43,867 nucleotides of DNA from an uncultured Methanosarcinaceae archaeon. GTDB taxonomy: Archaea > Halobacteriota > Methanosarcinia > Methanosarcinales > Methanosarcinaceae. Under the pieces are notes generated by a model. The model did not search any database. It was given only the letters and a program-made list of their open reading frames with translations, and was not told the origin of the DNA. Shown here piece by piece: positions 1 to 10,714 of this stretch (position 1 is its first letter; every line of letters starts with the position of its first letter). The DNA lies in assembly GCA_963727895.1 (NCBI GenBank), contig CAVSHT010000017.1, forward strand, positions 1-43,867, in the 5' to 3' direction. A program made the translations under genes and the position numbers.

Positions 1-889
1 CAACAGCTCCTACAAGCAAAGACACACCTGCGATGGCTCCAAGAAAAAGAGTCATTGTACTTGTCATACTAGTGACAGAATTGGCCATAGATTTTGAGGC
101 AGATAAGGTAAAGTCTCTGTCTTTTTCCTGATTAATGTGTCTTGAGATCATAAGACGTTTTTTGATATCCTCCATCAATCCATCTACTTGATCTTCACTC
201 TTGGCTTTTACTGTGATGCTGTCATAAACATTTTTTTTTGCATCTGTAATAAGGTTAACTGCACCATCTGTTGGCATGTATATTTTAGAATCTTCTCCCC
301 CCATTCCTTCTTCCTTTAAAATTCCTACAACTCTCACTGATTTGTTATTGATTGTTATTACCTGATTTATTCCTATGTTGTGGTCAAAAATTTCATTTGC
401 AGCTTTACTTCCTATGACTGCTACATACTTGTCAGCTGGTTCAAGCAACCTTCCTGATGTCGTTTTAAGAGTAGTCATGTACTTCCAGACCTGAGGGTCT
501 ACACCTGTGATTGAGAGAGTTGCAGTTTGTCCTAAATATTTAACCTTTTCACTACCAGAAATCTCACCTTCTTTGTACTGTATACTATCCAAACCCTGAA
601 GTGCCCTCATATCCTTGTCCGTTAAAGTGGCATCTGTCGACGAACCGCCCATTCCAGGAGGACCAGGCATGTTGGATGATGCCTTGGAATATCCTGGAGT
701 TATGGATATTATTGTTAGATCCATCTCGGCAAGCTTGCTCTGTACGTTTGCCTGCATGGAATCACCTAAAGAAACAATACCAATTACAGATCCAACTCCT
801 ATAACAATCCCTATAATAGTCAGCCAGCTTCGAAGTTTACTATGCACAAGCATGTTCAGGCCCATTCTAAGGTATGTTGAATTTCTCAT
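1..889 (-). CDS. ABC transporter permease (MacB/FtsX-like), 3' part runs out of the window
   Basis: ATG at 889 on minus. Manual translation MRNSTYLRMGLNMLVHSKLRSWLTIIGIVIGVGSVIGIVSLG is a MacB-type permease N-terminus. Operonic with the ATPase. Absent from the ORF track because it is truncated. Confidence 0.9.
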   Translation of the reverse strand, partial: MRNSTYLRMGLNMLVHSKLRSWLTIIGIVIGVGSVIGIVSLGDSMQANVQSKLAEMDLTIISITPGYSKASSNMPGPPGMGGSSTDATLTDKDMRALQGLDSIQYKEGEISGSEKVKYLGQTATLSITGVDPQVWKYMTTLKTTSGRLLEPADKYVAVIGSKAANEIFDHNIGINQVITINNKSVRVVGILKEEGMGGEDSKIYMPTDGAVNLITDAKKNVYDSITVKAKSEDQVDGLMEDIKKRLMISRHINQEKDRDFTLSASKSMANSVTSMTSTMTLFLGAIAGVSLLVGAV

Positions 890-917
890 TTTACATCCTT
901 CCATTTCTAAGGCGGTG

Positions 918-2327
918 TTAGTTGTTCTGATCTTCAGACTTTGAAATACCTGATTTCTTTTCCTTTCTTACCCGTATCGTTTCCTGAATTTTGTTGCGAT
1001 AAGCAAATACTCCTCCAGCCATCACTATTACCACGATGTATAGAAGATATGAACTAATTCCACTGCTTCTTTGTCCTACTGCTCCTCCCTGTGAAGTCAT
1101 ATTATTTGAGGTTCTATCTAGTTTGACTTCTTTATCAACTGTTAACCTTTCTCCTTTTGCATCTGTATATTCAATCTGAACTTTTAATGGATTTGAATTC
1201 ATTGAAGATGAACTTTCATTGTCTCCTACTGCATTGGTGTTTGCGGTATCAGGTGTTGCTCCTGAATTTTCATCGCCAGTCTGCGTATTTGTGACATTGA
1301 AAGAAGCAATTGTGTAATCTCCTTTCTCCAGATTTCCTACAATTGTTGACGAACTTCCTGACACTTTGTACCCGTCTTGATCTGGAATAGAAACCTTTAC
1401 AGCATATGCTATATTGTTACCCACGTTTGCTACTGAGAAAGAAGTTGCTCCAGCACTGCTTTCTGAGAAGGACACATCAAAATCCGTTGCCCCTCCTACA
1501 AAAAGTCCTGCTGTAGTCTGAATATTTTTTGAATTGGAGTCAGAATCTTCATACGAAAGGTTAACATCTAAAGTGTAAAGTCCTGGAGTAGCACTTATGT
1601 CTGCCATTGCGGTATAGTCAACTTTTACAGATTGACCTACAACCAGATACTTGATATGTTTTGTGTTATCTGAATATACAGGCAAAACAACGCCTTTAGG
1701 ATCAGTCCAGGAGAAAACCAGATTTTTCAATGGAGAACTTCCTGTATTTGTAACAATAAACTCTAAAGGTTCTTCCTTTGCTATATCAATATCAGCCTTG
1801 CTTACAGTCACAACCTGAGCATATTCTTTACCCTGAACTTGAACCTGGACTGTTTTTTTAGTAGCGTAAATCTGTTCATCAGACCCGGATCCACTCTTAT
1901 AAGTAGTGACGATATCAAGATTATAAGTGCCTTCTGAAGCGTTGGCATCTGTCATGAGTTTGAACTTCAAAACCCCAGCATCATCGTCTTCCTGCCTTGC
2001 ATTAAGATAAGAAATACTCTTTTGAAGATCTTCTCCTGAAAGTTTACTGAAAGGATATTCAGGATTGAGTTGAACCTGTACGTCTTCCAGGTCAGTGTCT
2101 CCGATATCCTGCACGCTGAGAGTAAGTTCAAGAGGTTCTCCAGGCCTGGCATTGTCGGGGTTTTGATTAGTTACATTTACTTGCACAGCTGAAGAATGTA
2201 TATTCCCATTTGATGTACTGAGAGTAGAATTTTGATTAGTTACTGACACACCAAGTGCTGTACCAGCCCCTAAGCATATGAACGTTGACATCAACAGTAA
2301 AAATATTAGTAATGAAAACTTTTTCAT
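918..2327 (-). CDS. Secreted, membrane-anchored COG1361 S-layer-like Ig-fold protein
   Basis: Signal peptide, beta-rich repeats (VTNTGSSPLKN, VANVGNNIAYAV) and a C-terminal TM plus basic tail. Lies between ABC ATPase and permease, the usual COG1361 arrangement. Confidence 0.8.
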   Translation of the reverse strand: MKKFSLLIFLLLMSTFICLGAGTALGVSVTNQNSTLSTSNGNIHSSAVQVNVTNQNPDNARPGEPLELTLSVQDIGDTDLEDVQVQLNPEYPFSKLSGEDLQKSISYLNARQEDDDAGVLKFKLMTDANASEGTYNLDIVTTYKSGSGSDEQIYATKKTVQVQVQGKEYAQVVTVSKADIDIAKEEPLEFIVTNTGSSPLKNLVFSWTDPKGVVLPVYSDNTKHIKYLVVGQSVKVDYTAMADISATPGLYTLDVNLSYEDSDSNSKNIQTTAGLFVGGATDFDVSFSESSAGATSFSVANVGNNIAYAVKVSIPDQDGYKVSGSSSTIVGNLEKGDYTIASFNVTNTQTGDENSGATPDTANTNAVGDNESSSSMNSNPLKVQIEYTDAKGERLTVDKEVKLDRTSNNMTSQGGAVGQRSSGISSYLLYIVVIVMAGGVFAYRNKIQETIRVRKEKKSGISKSEDQNN

Positions 2328-2336
2328 TTTAATTCC

Positions 2337-3311
2337 TCAATTTGAATCTGATTCGTTTTTTGTACTTGTTTCGTTTTCTGTAGCTGGTTTACTTTTCGTA
2401 TTTGTTTCAATTTTTTCGATCTCGCCGTCTCTGATATATACAACTCTCGTTGCATATCTTACAAGTTCGATGTCGTGGGTCACAATAATAATCGTCTTTC
2501 CTTCTTTTTCATGTAACTCGTTCAAAAAATCCAAAATATAGGTCCCAGTCTTAGTATCCAGGTTTCCTGTAGGTTCATCTGCTAGGATTATAGGTGGATT
2601 TACAGCAAGGGAGCGGGCTATTGCAACTCTCTGCCTCTGTCCTCCTGAGAGTTGAGAAGGAAGATTTCCTTTCTTTTCCGAAAGTCCTACAATATCAAGT
2701 AGGTATGAGGCTTTTTGTCGGGTTATTTGTGGATCTTCTTCCTGAAATTCCATAGGTAAGAGCACATTTTCATAGGTATTCAAGGTTGGAATAAGGTTAA
2801 AACTCTGAAAAATGAATCCTATCATCTGTCCCCGAATAACAGCAAGTTCCGATTCATCAAGTGTTGATATATCTTTTGAATTAAGAGAAATTCTACCTTT
2901 TGATGGCAAATCCAGACAACCCAATAGATTCATAAGAGTACTTTTTCCACTTCCACTGGGTCCAAGAACTACTAAAAATTCCCCTTCATAAATTTCAAGA
3001 TTTATCCCTTTGAGAGCTGCAAACTCAACTTCCCCCATTTGATAAATTTTCCAGACATCGGTCAGTTTGATCAAAGGCTTATCAGTTTTTTGTGTAGTCC
3101 TTATTAAATTATAACTTGTAACAGAATCATTTCCAAAATTGCTATATGGATTATTGTTTAGATCCATTGAATCATTTTCTAATTCATCGGAAAAACTCGC
3201 CGTCTTTTCTAGCGAGTTCGAAATTTTTGAAGGATTTAACTTCGTTTTAAATGTCTCTATTACTTTCATAAGTGTCATATGTGTCCTCTTAGTAGTAACT
3301 TGCTTTTTCAA
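2337..3311 (-). CDS. ABC transporter ATP-binding protein (LolD/MacB-like); true start may be downstream
   Basis: Walker [10 protein letters not shown], signature LSGGQRQR, Walker [13 protein letters not shown]-loop VTHD. Confidence 0.95.
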   Translation of the reverse strand: MKKQVTTKRTHMTLMKVIETFKTKLNPSKISNSLEKTASFSDELENDSMDLNNNPYSNFGNDSVTSYNLIRTTQKTDKPLIKLTDVWKIYQMGEVEFAALKGINLEIYEGEFLVVLGPSGSGKSTLMNLLGCLDLPSKGRISLNSKDISTLDESELAVIRGQMIGFIFQSFNLIPTLNTYENVLLPMEFQEEDPQITRQKASYLLDIVGLSEKKGNLPSQLSGGQRQRVAIARSLAVNPPIILADEPTGNLDTKTGTYILDFLNELHEKEGKTIIIVTHDIELVRYATRVVYIRDGEIEKIETNTKSKPATENETSTKNESDSN

Positions 3312-3989
3312 GTAGAATGAATCCTTTTTTCTCTTTAACGAAAATCTCCTTTGTTTTTCCTCCTGTCATTTTTGAAATTGAATATACTAAGAATAGTCAC
3401 ACATGAAACACAATTGATGCCAAAAAGTACTATTTTTTCTGCGTTTGTTCCAACATTTTATGGATATACAAGGCTCGAATTGAAAATGAAACATCAAAGC
3501 AATAGTTCCATGTGAAACATACCTATAGGCTTAATAAGTTTAATTCCATATAACTGTTTCTTATGAATCCAAATTAAAAATGAATAATTAACCAATTTAC
3601 ACATAATAATCCAAACTTTATAAACAATATATTTCTTAAGTAAATTATATAAATTAACTATCTGAAATCATATTTAAGCACAATAAATAAACATCTATAG
3701 ACTTATTTTCTATATTTTAATATGTGTTGATATTATTTAATAATGAAAAAATTAGTAAATTATTTTAGCTAAGTAAATAGGAGAATGTGAAACTAATATA
3801 GTTTTTATAAAGCATATTTTTAGTATTGATTAGTTTTATTCAAAACTATTATATTCCATGAAGCTATTAGGGTATTTCTGCACAATTCCCCAAAAAATTA
3901 TATCAAGATTTACTAAATATATAATTTAGTAAATTAAAAATAAGAAGCCATCTCAAATACCTAAGGTTCATGTCCAGAGACCTTCCACA

Positions 3990-4704
3990 GTAAAGTTAAT
4001 TTATCTCTCTGAAATTTGATTAATGATTTTAAGTAAGAGTCTGTATTCTGTGTAATTCCTAAATCATACCAATAAAACTCTCCACTTTCAGTGTAGAATC
4101 CCCCAATATTAATTTTGGCTTTTGAACCACTTGTAAATTTAATAGGTTTTGACCTTTTGAATTTCAGCTATAAATTCGTTTGTAAGTGCCTCATTCCACC
4201 TTTTTGATTTAGGTTTACATGTTATTTCACTAAATCCTAAAGCTTTAATGATCGGTCTCATTCTTGATTCTGAATAAGAGACTTTAAATTTCTCTCTGAC
4301 AAATTGAATTACGTCTTTTGTGTGCCAACCACGAGAATAACCGTCATCTGTTGGTATTGGATCTGAAAGTGCTTTGTTTAACTCAGATAATTGTTCTGCA
4401 GTTAAAAAAGACTTGATTCCTCGACCAGGTTTACATTTAAGACTAAACAAACCGTCGGTTTCAGCTCGTTTTATCCAGCGATGAACAGTTGAACGGTGAA
4501 CTGAAAAATCGTCTGCAACTTTAGCGGAACTCAAATCATTTTTGACCAATAATAAGGCTTGAAGTTTAATCTGCTCGTTTTTGTTACAGGAATTTATGAT
4601 AGCTGTAGAAATATCAAAAGTTGTAAACATTTCCAAACTCATATATAAAATTATATACTAATTTTAGGTATAATAATGTTGCAGTAAATACAGAGGTGAC
4701 TATA
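3990..4704 (-). mobile_element. IS630-family remnant: ORF-A HTH (4139-4642) plus a short out-of-frame DDE-domain fragment
   Basis: VHRSTVHRWIKR...KPGRG...EKFKVSYS is typical of IS630 ORF-A. A shifted frame continues KPIKFTSGSKAKINIGGFYTESGEFYW. Putative end TATAGTCACCTC near 4704. Left limit approximate. Confidence 0.75.
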
Positions 4705-4727
4705 TGTACTTGAGGTATAAAATCAAG

Positions 4728-4877
4728 GGTTCCGTTGTAAAAAATCAGAGCATTTTACAAAATCATTGAAAACCTTCACAATAAAGCAATTTGAGTGAGC
4801 AAATTTTGGTTAAAATGATATTTAAAGGGAATAAAAATAACCTCAAAGTACAGAAAAATTATTTTTGCAACGGAACC
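4728..4877. mobile_element. 150-bp IS6-type MITE
   Basis: Ends GGTTCCGTTGTAAAAA / TTTTTGCAACGGAACC match the IS6 at 7367-8221. Interior is similar to 17565-17715. Confidence 0.85.
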
Positions 4878-5293
4878 ACTAAACTCATTATTAATGAGCT
4901 CATCTCAAAAACCATTTTTTTCAATTATTAGAATTATTTCCATGATTAAAAATTCTATTAGTTACATAAAGTACGAAATATAAACTAATAAAATTTGAGT
5001 TTTTATGTATAATCAATCATGAATTCCTCTTTTTTAAAAAATAAATGTTCAATCATCATCTGAAGTTTAGTTTCAAGCAATACTATTATATATATCCTAG
5101 ACATATCAAACACTAGATAGTTGCATCTGAAATTAATTAATATATCATTTTATCTTATACAAGGCTATTACAATTTCGAAATGTGATTATATACAAAGAA
5201 AAAGCCTCTATCACCAAGGCATTAAATCTGTTTCATATACAACTATTTTTTTAAATGTATTTAATGTCAAAACAAGACACCTAGTTCAGAAAT

Positions 5294-5789
5294 ATGAAGG
5301 ATAAAAATATGGAAAATCTAAGAGAAATTGACCCAAGAGAAATATTAGGCCCAATTGCCCAAATATACCGTAGCAATCTGGTATTCATGACAAGGGGACT
5401 CGAAGCTTATAGGATCAGAAGCGGACAATTTGAGTTTTTAATTGTTTTGTATCATAAAGATGGAGTATCTCAGGAGACTCTTGCAAAACTTCTGAAAGTT
5501 AGCAAAGCAACAAGTGCCAGAGCGATCCAGAATCTGGAAAAAGAAGGTTATGTTTACAGGGAAAGAGACGAAAGTGACCTTCGAGCTTATAGGGTTTACC
5601 TAACTGAAAAAGGGAAGAAAATGAGAAATATTATTTTTAAAAAAAATGACTGCTTTTATAGATATTCTCTTTTCAGACTTTACCCTTGAAGAAATAGAAA
5701 TTTTCAGGCTACTCATCCATAAAGCTTCGATTAAACTTTTTGAGCCTGAATTCAAGCCTCCATCTAATGGACAAGATCATCTGAAGTAA
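5294..5789 (+). pseudogene. MarR-family regulator with a +1 frameshift in an A8 run (5639-5646)
   Basis: wHTH SQETLAKLLKVSKATSARAIQNLEKEGYV..DLRAYRVYLTEKG. Removing one A restores KKMTAFIDILFSDFTLEEIEIFRLLIHK to TAA 5789, just before the MATE RBS. Confidence 0.85.
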
Positions 5790-5808
5790 AAAATAAGGAG
5801 GTGAAAAT

Positions 5809-7215
5809 ATGGACAAGAAAAGTGCATTTCTCGGTGAAGAGAAAATAAGCAAGCTTTTAGTTAAGCTTTCAACTCCTGTAATCATTGGAATGCTAGCACA
5901 AGCTCTCTATAATATTATAGATACTTTATTCGTAGGAAGGGCCTACGGAGCAGAGAGTGTAGATGCCATAGGTGGGCTTTCTATAGCTTTTCCAATTCAG
6001 ATGATGGTTACAGCGGTGGGAATTTTTCTTGGGACAGGAGGTGCTTCAATCATCTCACGTGCTCTAGGGGCACAAAATAACGAAAAAGCTGAAAAAGTTC
6101 TTGGAAATCTTTTCACTCTGAATCTCATCATTGGTGTACTTATTGCTATTTTCTGTCTTCATTATCTTGACTCGATTTTAAGGATTTTTGGGGCAACTGC
6201 TGGAGTACTACCTTATGCTAGAGAATATCTAAAAATTATACTCACAGGAGGAATTGTCTTTGTATATGGAGTTTCAATTCAGAATGTTGTTAGGTCTCAA
6301 GGAAATACTCGCCTTGCCATGAATGCGATGCTACTAGCAGTTGGCCTCAATGTTATTCTTGCCCCTATTTTTGTCTTTGGCTTCAGGATGGGCGTGCAGG
6401 GTACTGCACTTGCAACTTTGCTTGCACAGGGAACAGCATCAGTCTGGCTTCTACTATACTGCATAAAAGGAAAAGGAGCTGTAAAATTCAGATCTGAAAC
6501 TTTAAAACTAGACCTAAAAATTGTAAAAGAAATTACAACTGTAGGTGCTGCATCTTTTGTGATGGACAGTGCTATGAGTATCATGATGATTTTTGTATAC
6601 AACGCACTTGCAGTTTATGGTGGAGACGCTTCAATTGCAGTTTTTGGTACCGTAATGAAGATTAATGCCTTTATTTTCATGACCATCATGGGCATGGGCT
6701 TTGGTTTACAACCAATAGTTGGGTTTAACTACGGAGCAAAGAAATATGAAAGGATAGTTGAAGCTGTAAAAACAACTCTGGCTGCAGCAACAATTTTTGG
6801 AATTTTTGGATTGGCTATTATTTATCTCTTAAGAGTACAACTTCTTGGACTATTTAGTGCAGATCCTGAATACCTAGCAATTGGAAAAGAAGCAACGTTG
6901 ATTATGATCTTGGGAACTCCTCTAACAGGTTTGAATATAATCACTTCAACCTTGTTCCAGGCTTTAGGAAAAGCCAAACCCGCTTTTATTCTTTCCTTGA
7001 GCAGGCAAATTATTTTTTTAATTCCTCTTGTTATTATTCTTCCTCGTTTGTACGGCCTTGCCGGTATTTGGGCAGCTTTTCCTATAGCGGACTCTCTAGC
7101 ATTTCTGCTTTCTGGATTTCTTCTTTTTAGATTATACAGAATTTTCAAAGAGTATAAAGGCACTTCAAAAATAGGTATAGGATCAGAAACTGCAGACAAA
7201 ATTTACCCAATATAA
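5809..7215 (+). CDS. MATE-family efflux transporter (MepA-like)
   Basis: About 12 TM segments, YNIIDTLFVG and GLQPIVGFNYGAK motifs, AAGGAGGTGA RBS, downstream of marR. Confidence 0.93.
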   Translation: MDKKSAFLGEEKISKLLVKLSTPVIIGMLAQALYNIIDTLFVGRAYGAESVDAIGGLSIAFPIQMMVTAVGIFLGTGGASIISRALGAQNNEKAEKVLGNLFTLNLIIGVLIAIFCLHYLDSILRIFGATAGVLPYAREYLKIILTGGIVFVYGVSIQNVVRSQGNTRLAMNAMLLAVGLNVILAPIFVFGFRMGVQGTALATLLAQGTASVWLLLYCIKGKGAVKFRSETLKLDLKIVKEITTVGAASFVMDSAMSIMMIFVYNALAVYGGDASIAVFGTVMKINAFIFMTIMGMGFGLQPIVGFNYGAKKYERIVEAVKTTLAAATIFGIFGLAIIYLLRVQLLGLFSADPEYLAIGKEATLIMILGTPLTGLNIITSTLFQALGKAKPAFILSLSRQIIFLIPLVIILPRLYGLAGIWAAFPIADSLAFLLSGFLLFRLYRIFKEYKGTSKIGIGSETADKIYPI

Positions 7216-7366
7216 TTTTATCAGCAAAAGAGATAATTTTACGAAATATTTAAAAATATTTTGTAAGTAGTCAAAACAATCTCTACAACAAAAAGACGTG
7301 AGGTACCTGTAGGAGGTTTCGTTGTAAAAAAATTATGGAAATAATTCATTGAAATAGTACAATTTA

Positions 7367-8221
7367 GGTTCCGTTGCAAAAAATATCTGCTAAGGATATA
7401 ATAAAATAAAAGGGAAGTAAAGGATAGTGATATGCTATCTAATTCCTTTAAATGGAGCACTTTGTAGGTGAAATTATCTTATTGAATGTTAGATGGTACT
7501 TAAAATATCCATTAAGTTACCGAAATTTAGAGGAAATGATGGCAGAGAGGGGAGTAGAAGTTGATCACAGTACTATCATGAGATGGGTACATCAATACTC
7601 TCCTGAAATCGAAAAGAAGGTAAGAAGGCATTTAAGACCAACTAATAACTCTTGGAGAGTTGATGAAACTTACATCAGAGTTAAAAGTAAATGGAAATAT
7701 TTTTACCGAGCAGTTGACTCAAATGGAGATACAATTGATTTCATGTTAAGTGCAAAACGAGATCAAAAAGCAGCAAAACGTTTCTTTAAGAAAGCTTTGA
7801 ATTCTAATCATAATCAAATTCCAAGAGTAATCACAGTTGATAAAAATCCAGCTTATCCACCTGCTATAGATAAACTGAAAAATGATAAAATACTACCTAT
7901 AAACGTAGGCATTCGACAAATCAAGTATTTAAATAACATTATAGAACAAGATCATAGATCCATTAAACGAATAGTTAATCCAATGTTAGGATTTCAGTCT
8001 TTTAACACAGCTATTAAGACTTTAAAAGGAATTGAAGCTATGAATATGATTAAAAAAGGACAAATCAAAAACCTAAATTACTCTGGCTTTAATGAAGCTA
8101 AATATATTAATCAATTATTTGGAATAGTTCTATAATATTGACACATCTTTTTGAATATTTGTACTTTTGTTTATTGATTATGGATTTACGTGCTGATTCT
8201 GAGATTTTTTACAACGGAACC
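7367..8221 (+). mobile_element. IS6-family insertion sequence, 855 bp
   Basis: TIRs GGTTCCGTTGCAAAAAA / TTTTTTACAACGGAACC. No TSD seen. Confidence 0.95.
7432..8135 (+). CDS. IS6 DDE transposase with a probable 1-nt deletion after codon 8; ORF 7452-8135 lacks the native N-terminus
   Basis: WRVDETY, ITVDKN and NNIIEQDHR motifs. ATG at 7432 gives MLSNSFKW and then leaves frame before HFVGE. Confidence 0.88.
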
Positions 8222-8315
8222 TTATTTGTAGTGAAATCGATAACAACAAATTGAGTAACTGTCTAATCTGACAAAGTCGAGGTAAAAGTAAATTGCAAAA
8301 AAAGTTATAAACGGA

Positions 8316-9089
8316 GTGAATACAGTGATTGAAATTAGGACTAAAGAATTATATGGTAATTTTTATGAGAATCCCAATAAGCCTCTTGTAGTAATTATCG
8401 GTGGAAGTTCTAGTGGAATTCCTATTATTTCGAGCGACTTATTAGAATATTTAAAATCAAAATATAATGTTTTATTACTAGCTTATTTTGGTATGGGAGA
8501 TTTGCCTAAAAAATTAGAAAGAATTCCCTTAGAATATTTTATTAATGCAGTTACTTATTTTAAAAATAAGTTAAACCTTACTGATAACGATGTTATTCTT
8601 ATTGGTAATTCAAAAGGTGGAGAACTTGTTTTATTGTTAATCTCAAAATATGTGCATCCACATGTTGCGATTGCTTGTGTTCCAAGTTGCTACGTATGGC
8701 AATCAATACCTGACAATAATTCAATAGATATTACCCCAGTATCCAGTTGGACTTTTAATAACAAAGATATTCCTTTTATAGAATATCATTTGACAGAAAA
8801 ATTGATAAACTATGCTATGAAAAAAGAATATTTGCCTATATATGAAGAATCAATAAAAATGAATAGAAATAAGAATGCGATTATTAAACTTAATAATTAC
8901 AAAGGAAAGTTGTTATTGCTCTCTGCAGAAATAGACCATTATTGGCCAAGTAAAGAAATGTGTACTTTGATTGAGAGGAACAATAACAATAACATTAAGC
9001 ACGTTGTGTTAAATCTGGAAGTGCATCAATTTCTAGCATATAACACACCAAGTAAAGAAATTATTGCCTTCTTAACTCAGCAAGAATAG
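8316..9089 (+). CDS. Alpha/beta hydrolase, acyl-CoA thioesterase/BAAT C-terminal-like
   Basis: IGGSSSG, LAYFG, IPLEYF, nucleophile elbow GNSKGGE, D..WPS and a late His. Confidence 0.8.
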   Translation: MNTVIEIRTKELYGNFYENPNKPLVVIIGGSSSGIPIISSDLLEYLKSKYNVLLLAYFGMGDLPKKLERIPLEYFINAVTYFKNKLNLTDNDVILIGNSKGGELVLLLISKYVHPHVAIACVPSCYVWQSIPDNNSIDITPVSSWTFNNKDIPFIEYHLTEKLINYAMKKEYLPIYEESIKMNRNKNAIIKLNNYKGKLLLLSAEIDHYWPSKEMCTLIERNNNNNIKHVVLNLEVHQFLAYNTPSKEIIAFLTQQE

Positions 9090-9274
9090 AAATGCGAAAT
9101 TAATCGCTTAGGGTAGATAAGGCAAACTACCCAAGTTAAAGAACAGAGTATTCATATTGGACATTTAATTATTATATGGAAGAGTGAATTTCGATTGAGA
9201 TTTCGTTAGCTAATAATGGAAGTTACTTTGCGCTTGGTGACAGCTATGCCATTGGGCCTAATAGAAGGTAAAGA

Positions 9275-10498
9275 ATGACTTATATGACCGAAAAGAATTC
9301 ACAGGAATTTATTTTTGATGATGTCTTTGCCAAACGTATCATGGGAACTCCCCGATCTTTTATTCGGGAGATTTTAGGGATTGCCATTTCTCCGGGAATG
9401 ATCTCTTTTGCCGGAGGTCTTCCCAACAAAGATCTCTTTCCTGTAGAAGAATTATGCAGGGCATGTGATAAGGTTTTCAGCATTCATGGTTCTGATGTCT
9501 TGCAGTACAGCAATACGGAAGGATTATTTGAGCTTCGAGAATATATTGCCAAGCACTATAAAGAGCGAGGTGTTCCTCATGTTTCACCCGAGAACATTTT
9601 GATAACCTGCGGATCGCAGCAAGCTATGGACCTATTGGCGAAGGTACTAATTAATGAAAATGATAATGTTGTTTTAGAAGAGCCGTCGTACCTTGGCGTT
9701 ATTCAGGCGTTTTCTATTTTTTGCCCTCATTTTATCACAATCCCTATTTCGGAGAAAGGAATGGATGTGGATTGTCTGAAGAACGCTTTTTCACAAAGAG
9801 TGAAGCTGATGTACATCGTCCCAAATTTTCAAAATCCCACGGGTATTTCTTATCCGGAAGAAAATCGCAGAGCGATTGCTGAAGTTATCCGTGGCACTAA
9901 AACTTTTCTTGTGGAAGATGATCCTTATGGAGAATTACGCTTTTCGGGGCAGCCAAATACGTCGTTTATGAATCTTGCTCCTGAGAACACTATTTTATTG
10001 GGGTCGTTTTCAAAAACGGTTGTTCCTGCTTTTCGTTTAGGATGGATTGTTGCTCCAAAACCTATTATTGACAAGATGGTGATTGCCAAGCAAGCGGCTG
10101 ATCTTCATACAAATTCATTCTCGCAGCAGGTCCTCTACCAGTATTTGATTGACAATGATCTCACCACGCATATTGCTGAGATTGTGGCGCAGTATGCCTC
10201 GCAGAAAAAGGCCATGATTGAAGCTATCTCTCGGCATTTTCCGGAATCTGTTAAGTGTACGAATCCAGACGGAGGCATGTTTCTCTGGGCAACTTTGCCA
10301 AACAACATTTCATCCATGGAGCTTTTTGAAATGGCTCTCAAAGATGGCGTGTGTATTATTCCAGGACATCCTTTTTACTTAGGAAAGGACGATGTTTCCA
10401 CTATGCGTTTGAATTTCTCCTGCATGGACGAATCCACGATAGAAGAGGGCATTAAGCGTCTAGGAAAAGCAGCGCACCAGCTTATTTCCGGCATCTAA
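9275..10498 (+). CDS. PLP-dependent class I/II aminotransferase (2-aminoadipate transaminase-like)
   Basis: ISFAGGLP, PNFQNPTG, EDDPYGEL, SFSKTVVPAFRLGW (PLP lysine), MRLNFS. Confidence 0.92.
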   Translation: MTYMTEKNSQEFIFDDVFAKRIMGTPRSFIREILGIAISPGMISFAGGLPNKDLFPVEELCRACDKVFSIHGSDVLQYSNTEGLFELREYIAKHYKERGVPHVSPENILITCGSQQAMDLLAKVLINENDNVVLEEPSYLGVIQAFSIFCPHFITIPISEKGMDVDCLKNAFSQRVKLMYIVPNFQNPTGISYPEENRRAIAEVIRGTKTFLVEDDPYGELRFSGQPNTSFMNLAPENTILLGSFSKTVVPAFRLGWIVAPKPIIDKMVIAKQAADLHTNSFSQQVLYQYLIDNDLTTHIAEIVAQYASQKKAMIEAISRHFPESVKCTNPDGGMFLWATLPNNISSMELFEMALKDGVCIIPGHPFYLGKDDVSTMRLNFSCMDESTIEEGIKRLGKAAHQLISGI

Positions 10499-10714
10499 GC
10501 TTTCCTTAACTCTGGCGACAAGATACAGGTGCTTGAAGAGGTGTCGCCAATATTTCCGAAAAAACCCATGCTAAGGAATAGTTAAAAAAAGGTCCAATTG
10601 ACTTTTTTTATACAATAATTACGTGAGATTTATGAGTTTACATAAAATTAGGCAAATTGCCTTACTTAAGGAGCTGGAACTGTTAAATATTTAGAAAAAA
10701 TACTAATAGTTCCT

